The notes under the pieces: generated by a model
What the model saw: only the letters and a program-made list of their open reading frames with translations
The model's database searches: none
Told to the model about the DNA's origin: nothing
Translations under genes and position numbers: made by a program
Part shown: positions 19,502 through 29,353 of the stretch, in pieces
Position numbering within the stretch: position 1 is the stretch's first letter
Layout of the letters: each line of letters opens with the position of its first letter
Assembly: GCA_020852295.1 (NCBI GenBank)
Contig: JADZBC010000009.1
Coordinates: 286,435 to 350,434 of the forward strand
From: a bacterium
GTDB taxonomy: Bacteria > Patescibacteriota > Saccharimonadia > CAILAD01 > JADZBC01
DNA length: 64,000 nucleotides
Direction: 5' to 3'

Positions 19502-21246
19502 TGAGTTCATACGCTACATTTCGATTGCACCGCTTGGTGCGTAGGTTGCAGCGTCAAGTACGCACGCTGCGCCCCTGGCTACGCAATTATCTCCATCGAC
19601 ATATTTATGGTGCTTGGCAGAAGCTCGGCACGAGCCGATGGACTTTTGTGAGTTGGATTGGGATTGTCCTGTTGACCGGATGGGGGCTACGCAATGACAT
19701 CATGCGACTTGATGCTTTCTATAAAACAGAAGTGCCACAGGTTGGCGGGATTTATCGCGAAGGTGTGGTGGGGAAAGTCCGTGTTGTGAACCCAATTCTT
19801 CTTGAGAACTCGGCCAGCCGGGATGTCTCGAGGCTCGTCTTCAGTGGTCTTACCAAGGTAAATCAGAAGCGCCAGATTGAGTCTGATTTGGCACAATCGT
19901 GGGATTTGGCTGCCGACCAAAAGACATACACGTTCAAATTGCGCAAAGACGTTGTTTGGCATGATGGTGTACCGTTGACGGCAGCCGATGTTGCCTTTAC
20001 GATTTCGGCTATTCAAAATCCAGACACTCGTTCTTCGCTCAACGCCAACTGGCAAGGTGTGAAGTACGAGGTAGTTGATGACGCCACTATTAAGCTTGTC
20101 TTGCCAAATCCGTACCCAGCCTTCATAAACGAAACAACCGTCGGTATTTTACCGAAGCATATCCTTGAGACGACACGACCATCGAGCTTACGTCTCAGCG
20201 AGTTTAATCAGCGACCGATCGGGACAGGGCCATTCAAGCTGAGTCCACTGGTTGAAGGTGCAGGTTCGATTAAACTATCGGCCAATCAGCGCTACTACGG
20301 CGGCAAGCCACGGCTGGATGGCGTTGAGATAATCGTCTACCAGAAGCAGTCCGACATGCTAGCGGGGTATAGCCGGAAGCAGATCGATGGCGTGAGTCAG
20401 ATCGGCGCAAGCGATGTGGCAACTGCTGATAAAATTGACGATTTGCGAGTAACACAGCTGGCACAGCCTGCTTACGTCGGAGTGTTCTTCAACCTCAAAT
20501 CACCGGCGCTCGCCGACATTGCAGCCCGCCGCGCGTTAGCCAGTGCGACTGACCGTAAAACGATCATCGAGCAAGCCTTAGCTGGACAGGCGACCGAGGT
20601 ATATCAACCATTGCTGCCGGGCTTTGTTGGTTACAACCCACAGGCGGTCAAGTACAAATACAACTTGGAGGCTGCCAAGACATTTTTAGCTCAGTCATCA
20701 ATTGCGAAGGCGAAAGAGAAGCCGACTCTCTTTCTCGTGACACTCAATGACCCACAGTTACTTAAGGTGGCCGATCTAATTAAGCAGCAGTGGGGCGCGC
20801 TCGGTATCGCCATAGACATCAAGGCTGCCGATACCATCGAATTGCAGCAAGACTATATTCGTTCGCGCAATTATGACCTACTACTCTTTGGCCAAAACCT
20901 TGGGATTGATTCTGATATCTATAGTTTTTGGCACTCTTCGCAAGTAGCGGATCCGGGTCTAAACGTCTCAGTATATTCAAATGCCGACGCTGATAAAGCG
21001 CTCGAGAGTGGCCGTCTCGCACGTGACCCCAAAAATCGCGCCAACAAGTATGCGACGTTTGAGTCGATTTGGGCAGGCGATCAGCCGGCAGTGCTGCTTT
21101 ATAGCCCGTATTATATCTATGGACAAGCTACCAAGCTCAGTGGTCTACAGGCTAATCGTATCGCTGAGCCGGCCGACCGCTTTTATGGTATCGAAAAGTG
21201 GTCAGTGCGCAGTCGCGAGATACTCAAGAAAGATCTTTATAAATAA
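19501..21246 (+). CDS. ABC transporter substrate-binding protein, family 5 (oligopeptide/nickel type), with an N-terminal signal anchor
   Basis: SBP_bac_5-like length and motifs; no adjacent permease or ATPase genes. Confidence 0.75.
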   Translation: MSSYATFRLHRLVRRLQRQVRTLRPWLRNYLHRHIYGAWQKLGTSRWTFVSWIGIVLLTGWGLRNDIMRLDAFYKTEVPQVGGIYREGVVGKVRVVNPILLENSASRDVSRLVFSGLTKVNQKRQIESDLAQSWDLAADQKTYTFKLRKDVVWHDGVPLTAADVAFTISAIQNPDTRSSLNANWQGVKYEVVDDATIKLVLPNPYPAFINETTVGILPKHILETTRPSSLRLSEFNQRPIGTGPFKLSPLVEGAGSIKLSANQRYYGGKPRLDGVEIIVYQKQSDMLAGYSRKQIDGVSQIGASDVATADKIDDLRVTQLAQPAYVGVFFNLKSPALADIAARRALASATDRKTIIEQALAGQATEVYQPLLPGFVGYNPQAVKYKYNLEAAKTFLAQSSIAKAKEKPTLFLVTLNDPQLLKVADLIKQQWGALGIAIDIKAADTIELQQDYIRSRNYDLLLFGQNLGIDSDIYSFWHSSQVADPGLNVSVYSNADADKALESGRLARDPKNRANKYATFESIWAGDQPAVLLYSPYYIYGQATKLSGLQANRIAEPADRFYGIEKWSVRSREILKKDLYK

Positions 21247-21284
21247 GGTATAATTGTCAGGTATTTTGTAGCTGCTGGATATAT

Positions 21285-21371
21285 GCGGATGTGGTGAAAT
21301 TGGTATACACGCTACGTTCAGGTCGTAGTGGGGGCAACCCCGTGGAGGTTCGAGTCCTCTCATCCGCACCA
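21285..21371 (+). tRNA. tRNA-Leu(CAG), class II, CCA encoded
   Basis: Cloverleaf with a long variable arm, anticodon loop TTCAGGT, GGTTCGAGTCC T-loop; GGTATAAT -10 element upstream. Confidence 0.85.
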
Positions 21372-21376
21372 AAAAT

Positions 21377-22036
21377 ATGAAAAAAACAATTCTTTACTCT
21401 CACGGCTTTGGTGTCGAACGCGACGATCGAGGACTCTTCACTGATATTGCTGCAGCTCTACCGTCTTTTAGGCACGTGATGTTTGATTATAATCTGATTG
21501 ATGCTGAGCGACATCGACTTACGGTTCAGCCGATCGACATTCAAGCTGCACTATTGCAGAAACAATATAATGAACTGCATGAGGCAAATGAAGACGTGAC
21601 ATTAATATGCCATTCACAAGGCTGTTTGGTTGCTGCTCTCGCTCAATTGCCTCGTGTGGCGAAAACAGTTTTTATTACACCTGCACAGACGATTAACGTC
21701 GATGCGTTCCTCAAAAAATTTGTCGATAGACCCAATACCGTTATCGATCGGAACGGGGTTTCGACCTTTGGCCGCAAAGATGGCAGTACTACGATCGTAC
21801 CCAAACAGTATCTCGATAGTATTGAGCAGATAGATGTCGAGGCGGCATACCGCAACCTAGCAACGAGAACGGAGCTACTCGTTATCTCGGCGAAGGATGA
21901 CGAGGTGCTGCGTATGACAAATTTTGATTATCTCAATGATGTTGCCCGCGTCACAACTCTTGCCGGTGACCACAATTTCTCTGACGCAGAAGATCGCACG
22001 GCAATGGTCCGTATGGTCAGTGAGTTTCTTCGCTAG
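21377..22036 (+). CDS. alpha/beta-fold serine hydrolase (YdeN/RBBP9-like)
   Basis: HSQGC nucleophile elbow (GxSxG-like); 219 aa. Confidence 0.6.
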   Translation: MKKTILYSHGFGVERDDRGLFTDIAAALPSFRHVMFDYNLIDAERHRLTVQPIDIQAALLQKQYNELHEANEDVTLICHSQGCLVAALAQLPRVAKTVFITPAQTINVDAFLKKFVDRPNTVIDRNGVSTFGRKDGSTTIVPKQYLDSIEQIDVEAAYRNLATRTELLVISAKDDEVLRMTNFDYLNDVARVTTLAGDHNFSDAEDRTAMVRMVSEFLR

Positions 22037-22876
22037 CTACTGCTTGGCGTACCAGAATACAAAGCCACTATCATCTCGACGATCCCATGAGAACTGCGCG
22101 GAGAACAGCTGCCAGAAGCTGTGATATAGATTCTCGCCAGCTTTTTGGTATTCGTAGCTTTGTGCTGTGGCGTGTTCGGGGTTGTTGTTGCTTTGTGCAA
22201 GGGTGTAGCCAGCTGGAATGCCGCTGGCGACACGTACGCAGTAATCATCGCCCTTTGGTATCTCAGCACTGAACCGGCCGTCATCATTTGTATTTACATA
22301 GAAGCCATTTGACGTACAAAACTCGACTTTGGCCCCTTTGATTGGCTTGTTGTCCACCAGGACCCGACCGGTGACTGTGACGTTTGTCGCGGAAGCAGCT
22401 GGTGGAGCTGGTGTTGGTGGGGCGGGCGTAACTTCGGCTGGTGGTTCCGATCCAGGTCCCCAGCAGAAATAGCTCGCATTCCACGGTTGAGTGCCGCGGC
22501 GGGCAAAAGTACTGTAAAAGGCTTTGTCCTGAACCTCTGGCGGTGCATCCGTGGCCCGTGGATAGACCAGTGCAAGCTCTGGTCCAACCGCGCCACGCCA
22601 CGTGCCGGTATCGTATTGATAGGCCCCGGTATGATTGCTGGCATTGATGGCCTTATAGTTTGGTGTTGAGTTCGGGCCGCTACCAGATTCGCAGCCGGCA
22701 ATACGGGGACGCCAATAGTCTGGGTTGGTGCGATACACCGGTATTCCTGCCGCGAAGCTACGAAGGACATAGATGCCACCGATAGCAACAAAAACCAGCA
22801 TAAACAGTGCTACAACAGGATTGTTGAAGCGAGCGGTTGGTTTTATAAGCTTGGCTTTGTTCTTTGGGTTGGGCAT
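22037..22876 (-). CDS. membrane-anchored Rpf-like (transglycosylase-like domain) cell-wall hydrolase with a Pro-rich linker and a C-terminal carboxypeptidase-regulatory-like beta-sandwich
   Basis: N-terminal TM helix; IAGCESGSGPN...TGAYQYDTGTW resembles the Rpf domain (CE[AS]GGNW...NTGNGYYGG.QF...TW); PAPPTPAPP linker. Confidence 0.6.
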   Translation of the reverse strand: MPNPKNKAKLIKPTARFNNPVVALFMLVFVAIGGIYVLRSFAAGIPVYRTNPDYWRPRIAGCESGSGPNSTPNYKAINASNHTGAYQYDTGTWRGAVGPELALVYPRATDAPPEVQDKAFYSTFARRGTQPWNASYFCWGPGSEPPAEVTPAPPTPAPPAASATNVTVTGRVLVDNKPIKGAKVEFCTSNGFYVNTNDDGRFSAEIPKGDDYCVRVASGIPAGYTLAQSNNNPEHATAQSYEYQKAGENLYHSFWQLFSAQFSWDRRDDSGFVFWYAKQ

Positions 22877-22958
22877 ATGCTAGTAAACGATGCTTATGTT
22901 TACTATAGCGCTGTAATCTGTTGAGGTCAATTTTGCAGATTGTAATCTCGGCGTATGA

Positions 22959-24611
22959 TTGTTATGCTTTAAGGCAATGAAAGAAATAATTCGTGAACTA
23001 GGCAACCTGCTTGTTGGTGAGATAACGGCCGAAGCTGGCACTCGTGAATTTTTTTCGACCGACGGGAGTGTCTTCAAGGTTGAGCCAAGTCTTGTGATCT
23101 ATCCGCGCAATGAGTCTGATGTTGTGATAACGGTCAAATATCTTCGTAACAAAGCTGAAAATGGCGAGTATTTGCCGATCACGGCTCGCGGTAAAGGCAC
23201 CGATCAGGGCGGCGGCGCGCTTGGTACCGGTGCTTTGATGGTGTTTCCTGCACATATGAAGCGGCTTATTCATATAGACAAAGAATCCGTCACCGTTCAG
23301 CCAGGCATGATCTACTCGCATCTGGAGGGGATATTGCACTCCCATGGGCGATTTCTACCGCCGTATCCGGCCAGCGTTGATTTTGCCACAATCGGTGGTG
23401 CCATTGCCAACAACTCAGCTGGCGAGAAGACGGTCAAATATGGTTCGACGCGTGACTACGTTGGTGCACTACGAGTTGTATTGAGCAATGGGGACGTCAT
23501 CAGTACCTATCGTATGAGTAAGCGTGAGCTGGAAAAGAAAAAGATGCAGGACGATTTTGAGGGGCACATCTATCGGGCGGTGGATCAATTGATTGAGTCC
23601 AATAAGGCGCTCATTCACCAAGCTCCGCCACACGTGAGCAAGAACTCGGCAGGGTATGATCTGTGGGACGTAAAACGAAAGAATGGCAGTTTTGATCTCT
23701 CGCAATTGATCGTCGGCTCGCAGGGTACGCTTGGCGTTGTCACAGAGGCGACGCTGTTGCATGAGGCACTTAATCCACAAACAACCTTGTTGGTTGGCTT
23801 TTTTGACTCGATCGAGAAGGCGACAGAGGCAGTTGAGCGAATAATGTCGCTCAATCCAAGTGCTCTTGAAGTGGTAGACTATCATCTGCTCGATTTTCTG
23901 CGCACCCACAAACCTGAGCAGATCGAAGGTCTCGTGCCGGAGCAGCTCCCGCAAATTGCACTGTTGATTGAATTTGATGATCAAAAAGCGCGACATCAGG
24001 CCAAGAAGGCACGCAAAGTGGCCAAGCTTTTCAAGAAGTTGGCGTACGATTCGCGTTTTGCAACCGATCCCGATGAGCAGGACGCACTGTGGAAGATACG
24101 CCGTGGCGCAGCAGCCGTCATCTGGATGATCAACGGCCCGAAGAAAGCGCTGCCAATCATCGAGGATGGGGTGGTGCCGCTACATAAGATGCCAGAGTTT
24201 CTCGAGTCGGTCTATGCACTATTTCGCAAATACAAACTCGACATCGCGGTCTGGGGTCACGCCGGCGATGCCAATTTTCATCTCCAGCCGTTTATGGATC
24301 TGAGCAATATGCGTGATCGTGGTAAAGTCTTTGATCTGATGGATGATTTTTATAAACTCGTTATCCGTATGGGTGGCAGCACCTGTGGTGAGCATAACGA
24401 CGGAAGGTTACGGGCACCATATCTGAAGAAGCTATACGGAGCAGACATGTATCGCATCTTCGAGCAAGTGAAGCAGATCTTTGATCCGGCCAATATTCTC
24501 AATCCAGGGGTAAAGATCGGTGTGACCCAAGAGGATGCAGCTGTGCACTTGCGTCGAGAGTACTCCATGAAGCATTTGCACGATTTCTTACCAGGAGTGA
24601 TGCGAAAATGA
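22959..24611 (+). CDS. FAD-linked oxidase (GlcD / D-lactate dehydrogenase family)
   Basis: PCMH-type FAD-binding domain (ITARGKGTDQGGGALG) plus a C-terminal FAD-oxidase domain. Confidence 0.75.
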   Translation: MLCFKAMKEIIRELGNLLVGEITAEAGTREFFSTDGSVFKVEPSLVIYPRNESDVVITVKYLRNKAENGEYLPITARGKGTDQGGGALGTGALMVFPAHMKRLIHIDKESVTVQPGMIYSHLEGILHSHGRFLPPYPASVDFATIGGAIANNSAGEKTVKYGSTRDYVGALRVVLSNGDVISTYRMSKRELEKKKMQDDFEGHIYRAVDQLIESNKALIHQAPPHVSKNSAGYDLWDVKRKNGSFDLSQLIVGSQGTLGVVTEATLLHEALNPQTTLLVGFFDSIEKATEAVERIMSLNPSALEVVDYHLLDFLRTHKPEQIEGLVPEQLPQIALLIEFDDQKARHQAKKARKVAKLFKKLAYDSRFATDPDEQDALWKIRRGAAAVIWMINGPKKALPIIEDGVVPLHKMPEFLESVYALFRKYKLDIAVWGHAGDANFHLQPFMDLSNMRDRGKVFDLMDDFYKLVIRMGGSTCGEHNDGRLRAPYLKKLYGADMYRIFEQVKQIFDPANILNPGVKIGVTQEDAAVHLRREYSMKHLHDFLPGVMRK

Positions 24612-24934
24612 AGCAGAGTCAGACCTACATTCGATTAGCCGGCTTATTGCTTTTCTTATGGTTGCTGTATGAAACCAGTCGAGCGCAAGAGTTCGGCGTT
24701 GTCGGCCTCGGTACGCTACTGATTGTTGCGGCACTGTGGTCAGTATTTCGTGCGAAACGTATCTGGAAAGACTACCGGGCACGATATCGGGTGCGTAAGA
24801 AAAATCAGAAATCGATTTGGACAGAGCCTAAAGAAATCTATTTCTACTTGCATCTTTTTGTCGTCGTTCCGTTGATGATCGCGACCGGTTTGATTTTATT
24901 GTGGACCGCGGCATTTCTCCACTCCCAAACTTAA
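24608..24934 (+). CDS. hypothetical small membrane protein
   Basis: 108 aa with three predicted TM helices; overlaps the upstream gene's stop. Confidence 0.35.
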   Translation: MKQSQTYIRLAGLLLFLWLLYETSRAQEFGVVGLGTLLIVAALWSVFRAKRIWKDYRARYRVRKKNQKSIWTEPKEIYFYLHLFVVVPLMIATGLILLWTAAFLHSQT

Positions 24935-24987
24935 CCTAGCCAGATAGAGACTTTTTCGGTACAATATGGGCTGTTCTGTGCGGACAT

Positions 24988-25077
24988 GCGGCCGTGGTGG
25001 AACTGGTAGACACGCTAGCTTGAGGGGCTAGTGCCCGTTTTTAGGGCGTGGAAGTTCGAGTCTTCTCGGCCGCACCA
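24988..25077 (+). tRNA. tRNA-Leu(GAG), class II, CCA encoded
   Basis: Acceptor GCGGCCG/CGGCCGC; anticodon loop TTGAGGG; long variable arm. Confidence 0.8.
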
Positions 25078-25111
25078 ATTCCGTGTTTAGCGTGCTAAAT
25101 AGGGAATTGGT

Positions 25112-25660
25112 ATGAAAAAAGTGAATTCACGATTTATGATTGCCGGCCTATTGCCGCCCACTACTGCGGCAGCAGTTGAGTACACTCAGCGTCGCTATGA
25201 GACTAAAGGATGGCATATCACGCAGTTGCCCCATATTACGTTGGTCCGCCCCGGTACTGCGCTCGCCGAGGAAGCTGCGATCGTCGATCATTTTTCGGAA
25301 CTAAAACTTGCCTTGCGACCACCGAGGATTGAGTCCAATGGGATTGGAGTTTTTCTTAACGCCGCATATGCCAATGTCGTCTATCTCAAAGTTGAATTGA
25401 GCCCAGAGTTAACAGAGCTACACGGGTCCCTCAAGGCCCAGATGGACTCATGTATCGAGGACAATCAGGCTGTTGACAATTTTGTGCCACATGTGACGCT
25501 GGCGAATAACATAGCTGACAAGCAGACGGTCGATCAGATTATCGACGAAGTTGCCGACGACAATTTAGATCTACACTTCTTACTGAGGGAGGTGCACCTT
25601 TTTCGCAAATCAGACACCGACCCGCGCTGGGTGTGGCTGGCCAAGAAATCAATCGGCTGA
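25112..25660 (+). CDS. 2H phosphoesterase superfamily protein (LigT / 2'-5' RNA ligase-like)
   Basis: Two H-x-T-x motifs (PHITLV, PHVTLA) at the spacing typical of LigT. Confidence 0.6.
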   Translation: MKKVNSRFMIAGLLPPTTAAAVEYTQRRYETKGWHITQLPHITLVRPGTALAEEAAIVDHFSELKLALRPPRIESNGIGVFLNAAYANVVYLKVELSPELTELHGSLKAQMDSCIEDNQAVDNFVPHVTLANNIADKQTVDQIIDEVADDNLDLHFLLREVHLFRKSDTDPRWVWLAKKSIG

Positions 25661-26491
25661 TTGGCGTCGCGCTGCTTTAATTACATTACTCATCAGCATT
25701 ATGACCGTCGTTGGGCCGACTCCACCGGGCACTGGTGTGATGTAGCTGGCTTTGTCTTTGACCATATTGTAGTCAACGTCGCCGACGATCCGCTCACCAT
25801 CTTCATTGATGCCGACATCGATGATGGCAGCCCCCTTGCGAACCATGTCGGCCGTAACAAGTCGTGGGCTGCCGGCGGCACTGACGATGATGTCTGACTC
25901 TCGAGTGAGTGCCGCGATATCTGGAGTGCCACGGTGAGCGATGTGGACATGGGCGCCTTTACGCTTGAGCAGGCAGGCGAGCGGATAGCCAACAAGATCA
26001 CTGCGACCGATAACCGTGACGGTTTTGTCGGCGGGGTTGATGTGGTAATCACGCATAATCTTAAGTACACCACGTGGCGTAGCCGGCCAAAAGTCTGGTT
26101 TGCCTGATTCGAACCGCTCGCGATTGGCCGTGGTTAGACCATCGACGTCCTTGTGGGGTGGGATGCAGTCGATCAGGGCTTGCTTGTCGAGTGAATCAGG
26201 AATGGGAAGTTGCAGTATGATGCCGTGGATATTGGGCCGTGCGGCGACACTGTGAATCTGTGCGGCGTAGTCAGTTTGAGACTGCTGCTTGAGTGTGATC
26301 TCTTCAATCTCAATGCCTAGCTCTTCGGCGCGGCGATGCTTCATACGCACATATATGAGCGAGCGTTTTTGCGGCTCGATCATAATGACTACCAACTTTG
26401 GCACGATGCCGCGCTTTTTCAGTCTCGCTACTCGGAGTTTCAGCTTGGCGGCAAACTCATCGGCTACTTTTTTTCCATCTAGTATCTGCAT
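25649..26491 (-). CDS. folD: bifunctional methylenetetrahydrofolate dehydrogenase/cyclohydrolase
   Basis: MQILDGKKVADE start with a GGAGACAAC Shine-Dalgarno. The ORF-track N-extension would run into tRNA-Val and is rejected. Confidence 0.9.
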   Translation of the reverse strand: MQILDGKKVADEFAAKLKLRVARLKKRGIVPKLVVIMIEPQKRSLIYVRMKHRRAEELGIEIEEITLKQQSQTDYAAQIHSVAARPNIHGIILQLPIPDSLDKQALIDCIPPHKDVDGLTTANRERFESGKPDFWPATPRGVLKIMRDYHINPADKTVTVIGRSDLVGYPLACLLKRKGAHVHIAHRGTPDIAALTRESDIIVSAAGSPRLVTADMVRKGAAIIDVGINEDGERIVGDVDYNMVKDKASYITPVPGGVGPTTVIMLMSNVIKAARRQSAD

Positions 26492-26500
26492 GTTGTCTCC

Positions 26501-26567
<67 letters not shown>

Positions 26568-26577
<10 letters not shown>

Positions 26578-27059
26578 TTATTATCTAGTTTGGTGTGCCA
26601 GTAGTATCCCAATATTTTTCGTTCGCTGCCATCTTCATTGGTAATGACGATATTGTGTTCGATCGGCGTGCCGGCCTTGTAGTTATTACTAATCGCTGTT
26701 TCACCACTCGTGCAGATGCCGATGTGGGGAAAGCTGCCATTGCTAAAGTGTGCATCATCGTACACAATGACTGCCCCGGGTCGAGCTTTATCAATTTCGG
26801 TCCAACCAGATTCTTTCATGTCCGCAACCGCGCGTGGTACCGTCATGTGTACTCGCTCTATCAGGTTGGAGATGCGCAATACTGATGATACGAAGTAGGC
26901 ACAGGCTAGATTGCCGTCCTGGACGATCTCGGTTTTGACCCCATCGATATCGGCGTAATACTGACTCCAACTTTTGCTGCCAACGCTGTTTTTGGTAAAT
27001 GCCATGTAGCTATCAAAAATGCGACGCTCAACTTTTGGTTCTGTCTGCGTATTAGTCAT
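26568..27059 (-). CDS. putative papain-fold cysteine hydrolase (NlpC/P60- or CHAP-like)
   Basis: Cys in NLACAYFVSSVL and His in FPHIGICTSG at a spacing compatible with NlpC/P60 or CHAP; the last ~3 codons overlap tRNA-Val. Confidence 0.35.
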
Positions 27060-27621
27060 TGCTGCTTTCCAAAAAACGTAGCAAAACGGCGGCACTGCGG
27101 TCCTCACTCATTTTGGCAGCATCGAGGGCTAGCTTGCGCGCTTCATCACGGCTAACTGTTTGCAGGGTGATGTCTTCGCCATCTTCGAGCTGTTGTTTTT
27201 TCAGACGATCGGCCGCCACCTTGATCACAAAATAGTATAAATCCCACTCCACTGTTGCGCCGCAGACGGATTTATAAAGGAACTCAAGCTCTTCAGACGT
27301 GGCATCGATACCAGCTTCTTCCCGGAGCTCGCGAACCGCACCTGCTCGGGCGGCATCAAGCTTTTGATCGTCGGTGGGGTTCGTCGAGAGAAAATCATTG
27401 TACTCGGTGAGCTTATCGAAAACTTTGCCGCCAGGGAGGCGATAGTCGTAGCCATCGATCTCATGGCGGTGCTCACGGGTTAGTAAAATATCATCACCGA
27501 CACAGATGATAGTGCGAGTACCAGGGGCACGTCGCGCCAACTCAAATGTACGAGTACCATCTGGTGAGTACTCGACAACCTCGATGATCTTGCCTTGGTA
27601 GGTGATTTTTTCGTTTGTCAT
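27052..27621 (-). CDS. NUDIX hydrolase
   Basis: Nudix box GGKVFDKLTEY...AVRELREEAGI; start chosen at MTNEKITYQ because the longer ORF would overlap tRNA-Leu. Confidence 0.75.
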   Translation of the reverse strand: MTNEKITYQGKIIEVVEYSPDGTRTFELARRAPGTRTIICVGDDILLTREHRHEIDGYDYRLPGGKVFDKLTEYNDFLSTNPTDDQKLDAARAGAVRELREEAGIDATSEELEFLYKSVCGATVEWDLYYFVIKVAADRLKKQQLEDGEDITLQTVSRDEARKLALDAAKMSEDRSAAVLLRFLESSND

Positions 27622-27626
27622 AATTA

Positions 27627-27710
27627 TGGTACCCGGGGCGAGACTCGAACTCGCAAGCCTTGCGGCAAAGGATTTTAAGTCCTTCGTGTATACCATTCCA
27701 CCACCCGGGC
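27627..27710 (-). tRNA. tRNA-Leu(TAA), class II, CCA encoded
   Basis: Reverse complement GCCCGGGTGGTGGAATGGTA...; anticodon loop CTTAAAA; long variable arm. Confidence 0.85.
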
Positions 27711-27717
27711 TCGAATT

Positions 27718-27791
27718 TGGAGGCACCTACCGGAATTGAACCGGTGTACGCGGTTTTGCAGACCGCTGCGTAACCACTCCGCCAAGGTGCC
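27718..27791 (-). tRNA. tRNA-Cys(GCA), CCA encoded
   Basis: Reverse complement GGCACCTTGGCGGAGTGG...; anticodon loop CTGCAAA. Confidence 0.85.
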
Positions 27792-27878
27792 AGAAAGTGG
27801 ACCACTACATTATACCTGGGCACGCCACACCTGACAAAGCGTCTTGGCGGTCCGAAGTGCATATGCTACGCTGAGATC

Positions 27879-28640
27879 ATGAAAAAACTCGATCCAATTC
27901 TCAAAAACAGCTTTACCAAAAAAGTCTTGCGGGCTACAGGCTTGCGCAAGCCATTTGCCGAACAGGTCAAAACCGACCATTATCGCATGCCGATTCTAGA
28001 AGAAAACGGTGGCTTTCTGGCGCTCAACAAGTATGACGGTCCGGACATCCCAGCCAAAGAATGGGAGGATCTAGAGTATATCACCTACCCAACTGACCCA
28101 AACACGTTTTTTGCACCACTGGCTTCGGCCACTGGCGAAATCAAGATGGAAGGCTTCTGGGAAGTTGGCAAGACCGACAAAGATGGTATCTGGACTGAGA
28201 ACGCCAAGAAGGCACCACACCTCAAGAAATGGGTTGAGTCGCTTGGCGTGAACTTTGGTCGAGTCCAGCTTTTGCGCATGGAGCCAAACTCGCTCCGTGA
28301 AGCTCGTTGGGGCCTGCATCTAGATGACAATAACCGTCTCAATCCCGAAAAAACTGGCTGGGTAGTGCGTATCTGGCTCGAGCTGACCGATGACCCAAAT
28401 AGTTATATGGTCTTGCGCAAGAATGACCTCAATCGTACCGAGGAGGTTCGTTTGCCGCTGCCGAAGTTTACCCAGATGGTTGTGGACTCAGAGTATCTCT
28501 TTCATGGGGTGCACCATGGCGGCAAGAAGACGCGGTATGGCCTGATCGTGAGCGGGGAGAGCAGTCCGGCCCTCGAAAAGTGGATAAAGGCACGTCTGCC
28601 AAAAGAGCCACAAATTCGACCCAAATGGCTAGATAATTAG
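27879..28640 (+). CDS. hypothetical protein, possibly a cupin/2OG-Fe(II) oxygenase-like fold (Asp/Asn beta-hydroxylase-like)
   Basis: HLDDNN ... HGVHHGG gives an HxD...H spacing; weak assignment. Confidence 0.35.
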   Translation: MKKLDPILKNSFTKKVLRATGLRKPFAEQVKTDHYRMPILEENGGFLALNKYDGPDIPAKEWEDLEYITYPTDPNTFFAPLASATGEIKMEGFWEVGKTDKDGIWTENAKKAPHLKKWVESLGVNFGRVQLLRMEPNSLREARWGLHLDDNNRLNPEKTGWVVRIWLELTDDPNSYMVLRKNDLNRTEEVRLPLPKFTQMVVDSEYLFHGVHHGGKKTRYGLIVSGESSPALEKWIKARLPKEPQIRPKWLDN

Positions 28641-28688
28641 ATCATTTTCTGCTACCATATCGTTTGTACTTTTTAGTGTGCTTGTTGT

Positions 28689-28764
28689 GGCGCCTTAGCT
28701 CAGTTGGTAGAGCAGAGGCCTGAAGAGCCTTGTGTCGTTGGTTCGATTCCAACAGGCGCCACCA
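28689..28764 (+). tRNA. tRNA-Phe(GAA), CCA encoded
   Basis: GGCGCCTTAGCTCAGTTGGTAGAGC...; anticodon loop CTGAAGA. Confidence 0.9.
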
Positions 28765-28774
28765 AAATCATTAT

Positions 28775-28850
28775 GCGGGTGTAGCTCAGCTGATAGAGCG
28801 CTTCCTTGCCAAGGAAGAGGCCCCGGGTTTGAGTCCCGGTACCCGCACCA
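28775..28850 (+). tRNA. tRNA-Gly(GCC), CCA encoded
   Basis: GCGGGTGTAGCTCAGCTGATAGAGC...; anticodon loop TTGCCAA. Confidence 0.9.
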
Positions 28851-28865
28851 AATGTCATCACTACC

Positions 28866-28890
28866 AAAAAGACCACCAGGTCTTTTTTTG
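28866..28890 (+). terminator. rho-independent terminator after the tRNA-Phe/Gly pair
   Basis: AAAGACC-ACCA-GGTCTTT stem followed by a T-run. Confidence 0.6.
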
Positions 28891-28903
28891 TTATCCTAAA
28901 CAC

Positions 28904-29278
28904 ATGCTACGCGACAACACTGAATCATTTGCTCCAGAATTTGCCGATATATTGCTGCGCCTCGGTGTCGAAGAAGACGCCGTGACGACGTCGTTTCAGC
29001 TTCTCAAGTTTGAACGTCTTGAGCCAGATCTCTTTGTCTGGCTGCTGCGGGGAACGCACACATATCTGATGACCATTGCGGATGGGGGCTCCGACATGCC
29101 AAATAGTCAGTGGCTGGCACAATGGGCTGGAGTGGCAATCAAAGACCTGAACCAACTCACACCACAAGGCACTGGCCTGCTGCGGCTTCGTGGCATGAAA
29201 GATGGCTATGATTTTGTGCACGTCTACCAGCTGCCGGCCGGATACGAGTACAGTCCAGACTACCACGACAAAAGTTGA
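28904..29278 (+). CDS. hypothetical protein (124 aa)
   Basis: The ORF-track frame reads through tRNA-Gly and the terminator; the first ATG after the terminator (28904) is preferred. Confidence 0.35.
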   Translation: MLRDNTESFAPEFADILLRLGVEEDAVTTSFQLLKFERLEPDLFVWLLRGTHTYLMTIADGGSDMPNSQWLAQWAGVAIKDLNQLTPQGTGLLRLRGMKDGYDFVHVYQLPAGYEYSPDYHDKS

Positions 29279-29353
29279 TAGCGCTTTTTGTATAAGGAAA
29301 TGTTCTCAAGTCTTTTTGATTTTCCAGTTCATCGAAGCAGTATACTAATTAGG

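Noticed and set aside
24978-24994. GTGCGGACATGCGGCCG immediately before tRNA-Leu(GAG), resembling a partial duplicate of the tRNA-Leu 5' end (GTGCGGATG...)
   Set aside because: It is too short (about 9 nt of similarity) to call a duplication or integration remnant. It is probably chance, or leftover from an ancestral tRNA-Leu duplication.
28730-28903. N-terminal 58 codons of the ORF-track 182-aa protein
   Set aside because: This reading frame passes through tRNA-Gly and the terminator hairpin. The start was moved to the first ATG downstream, at 28904.
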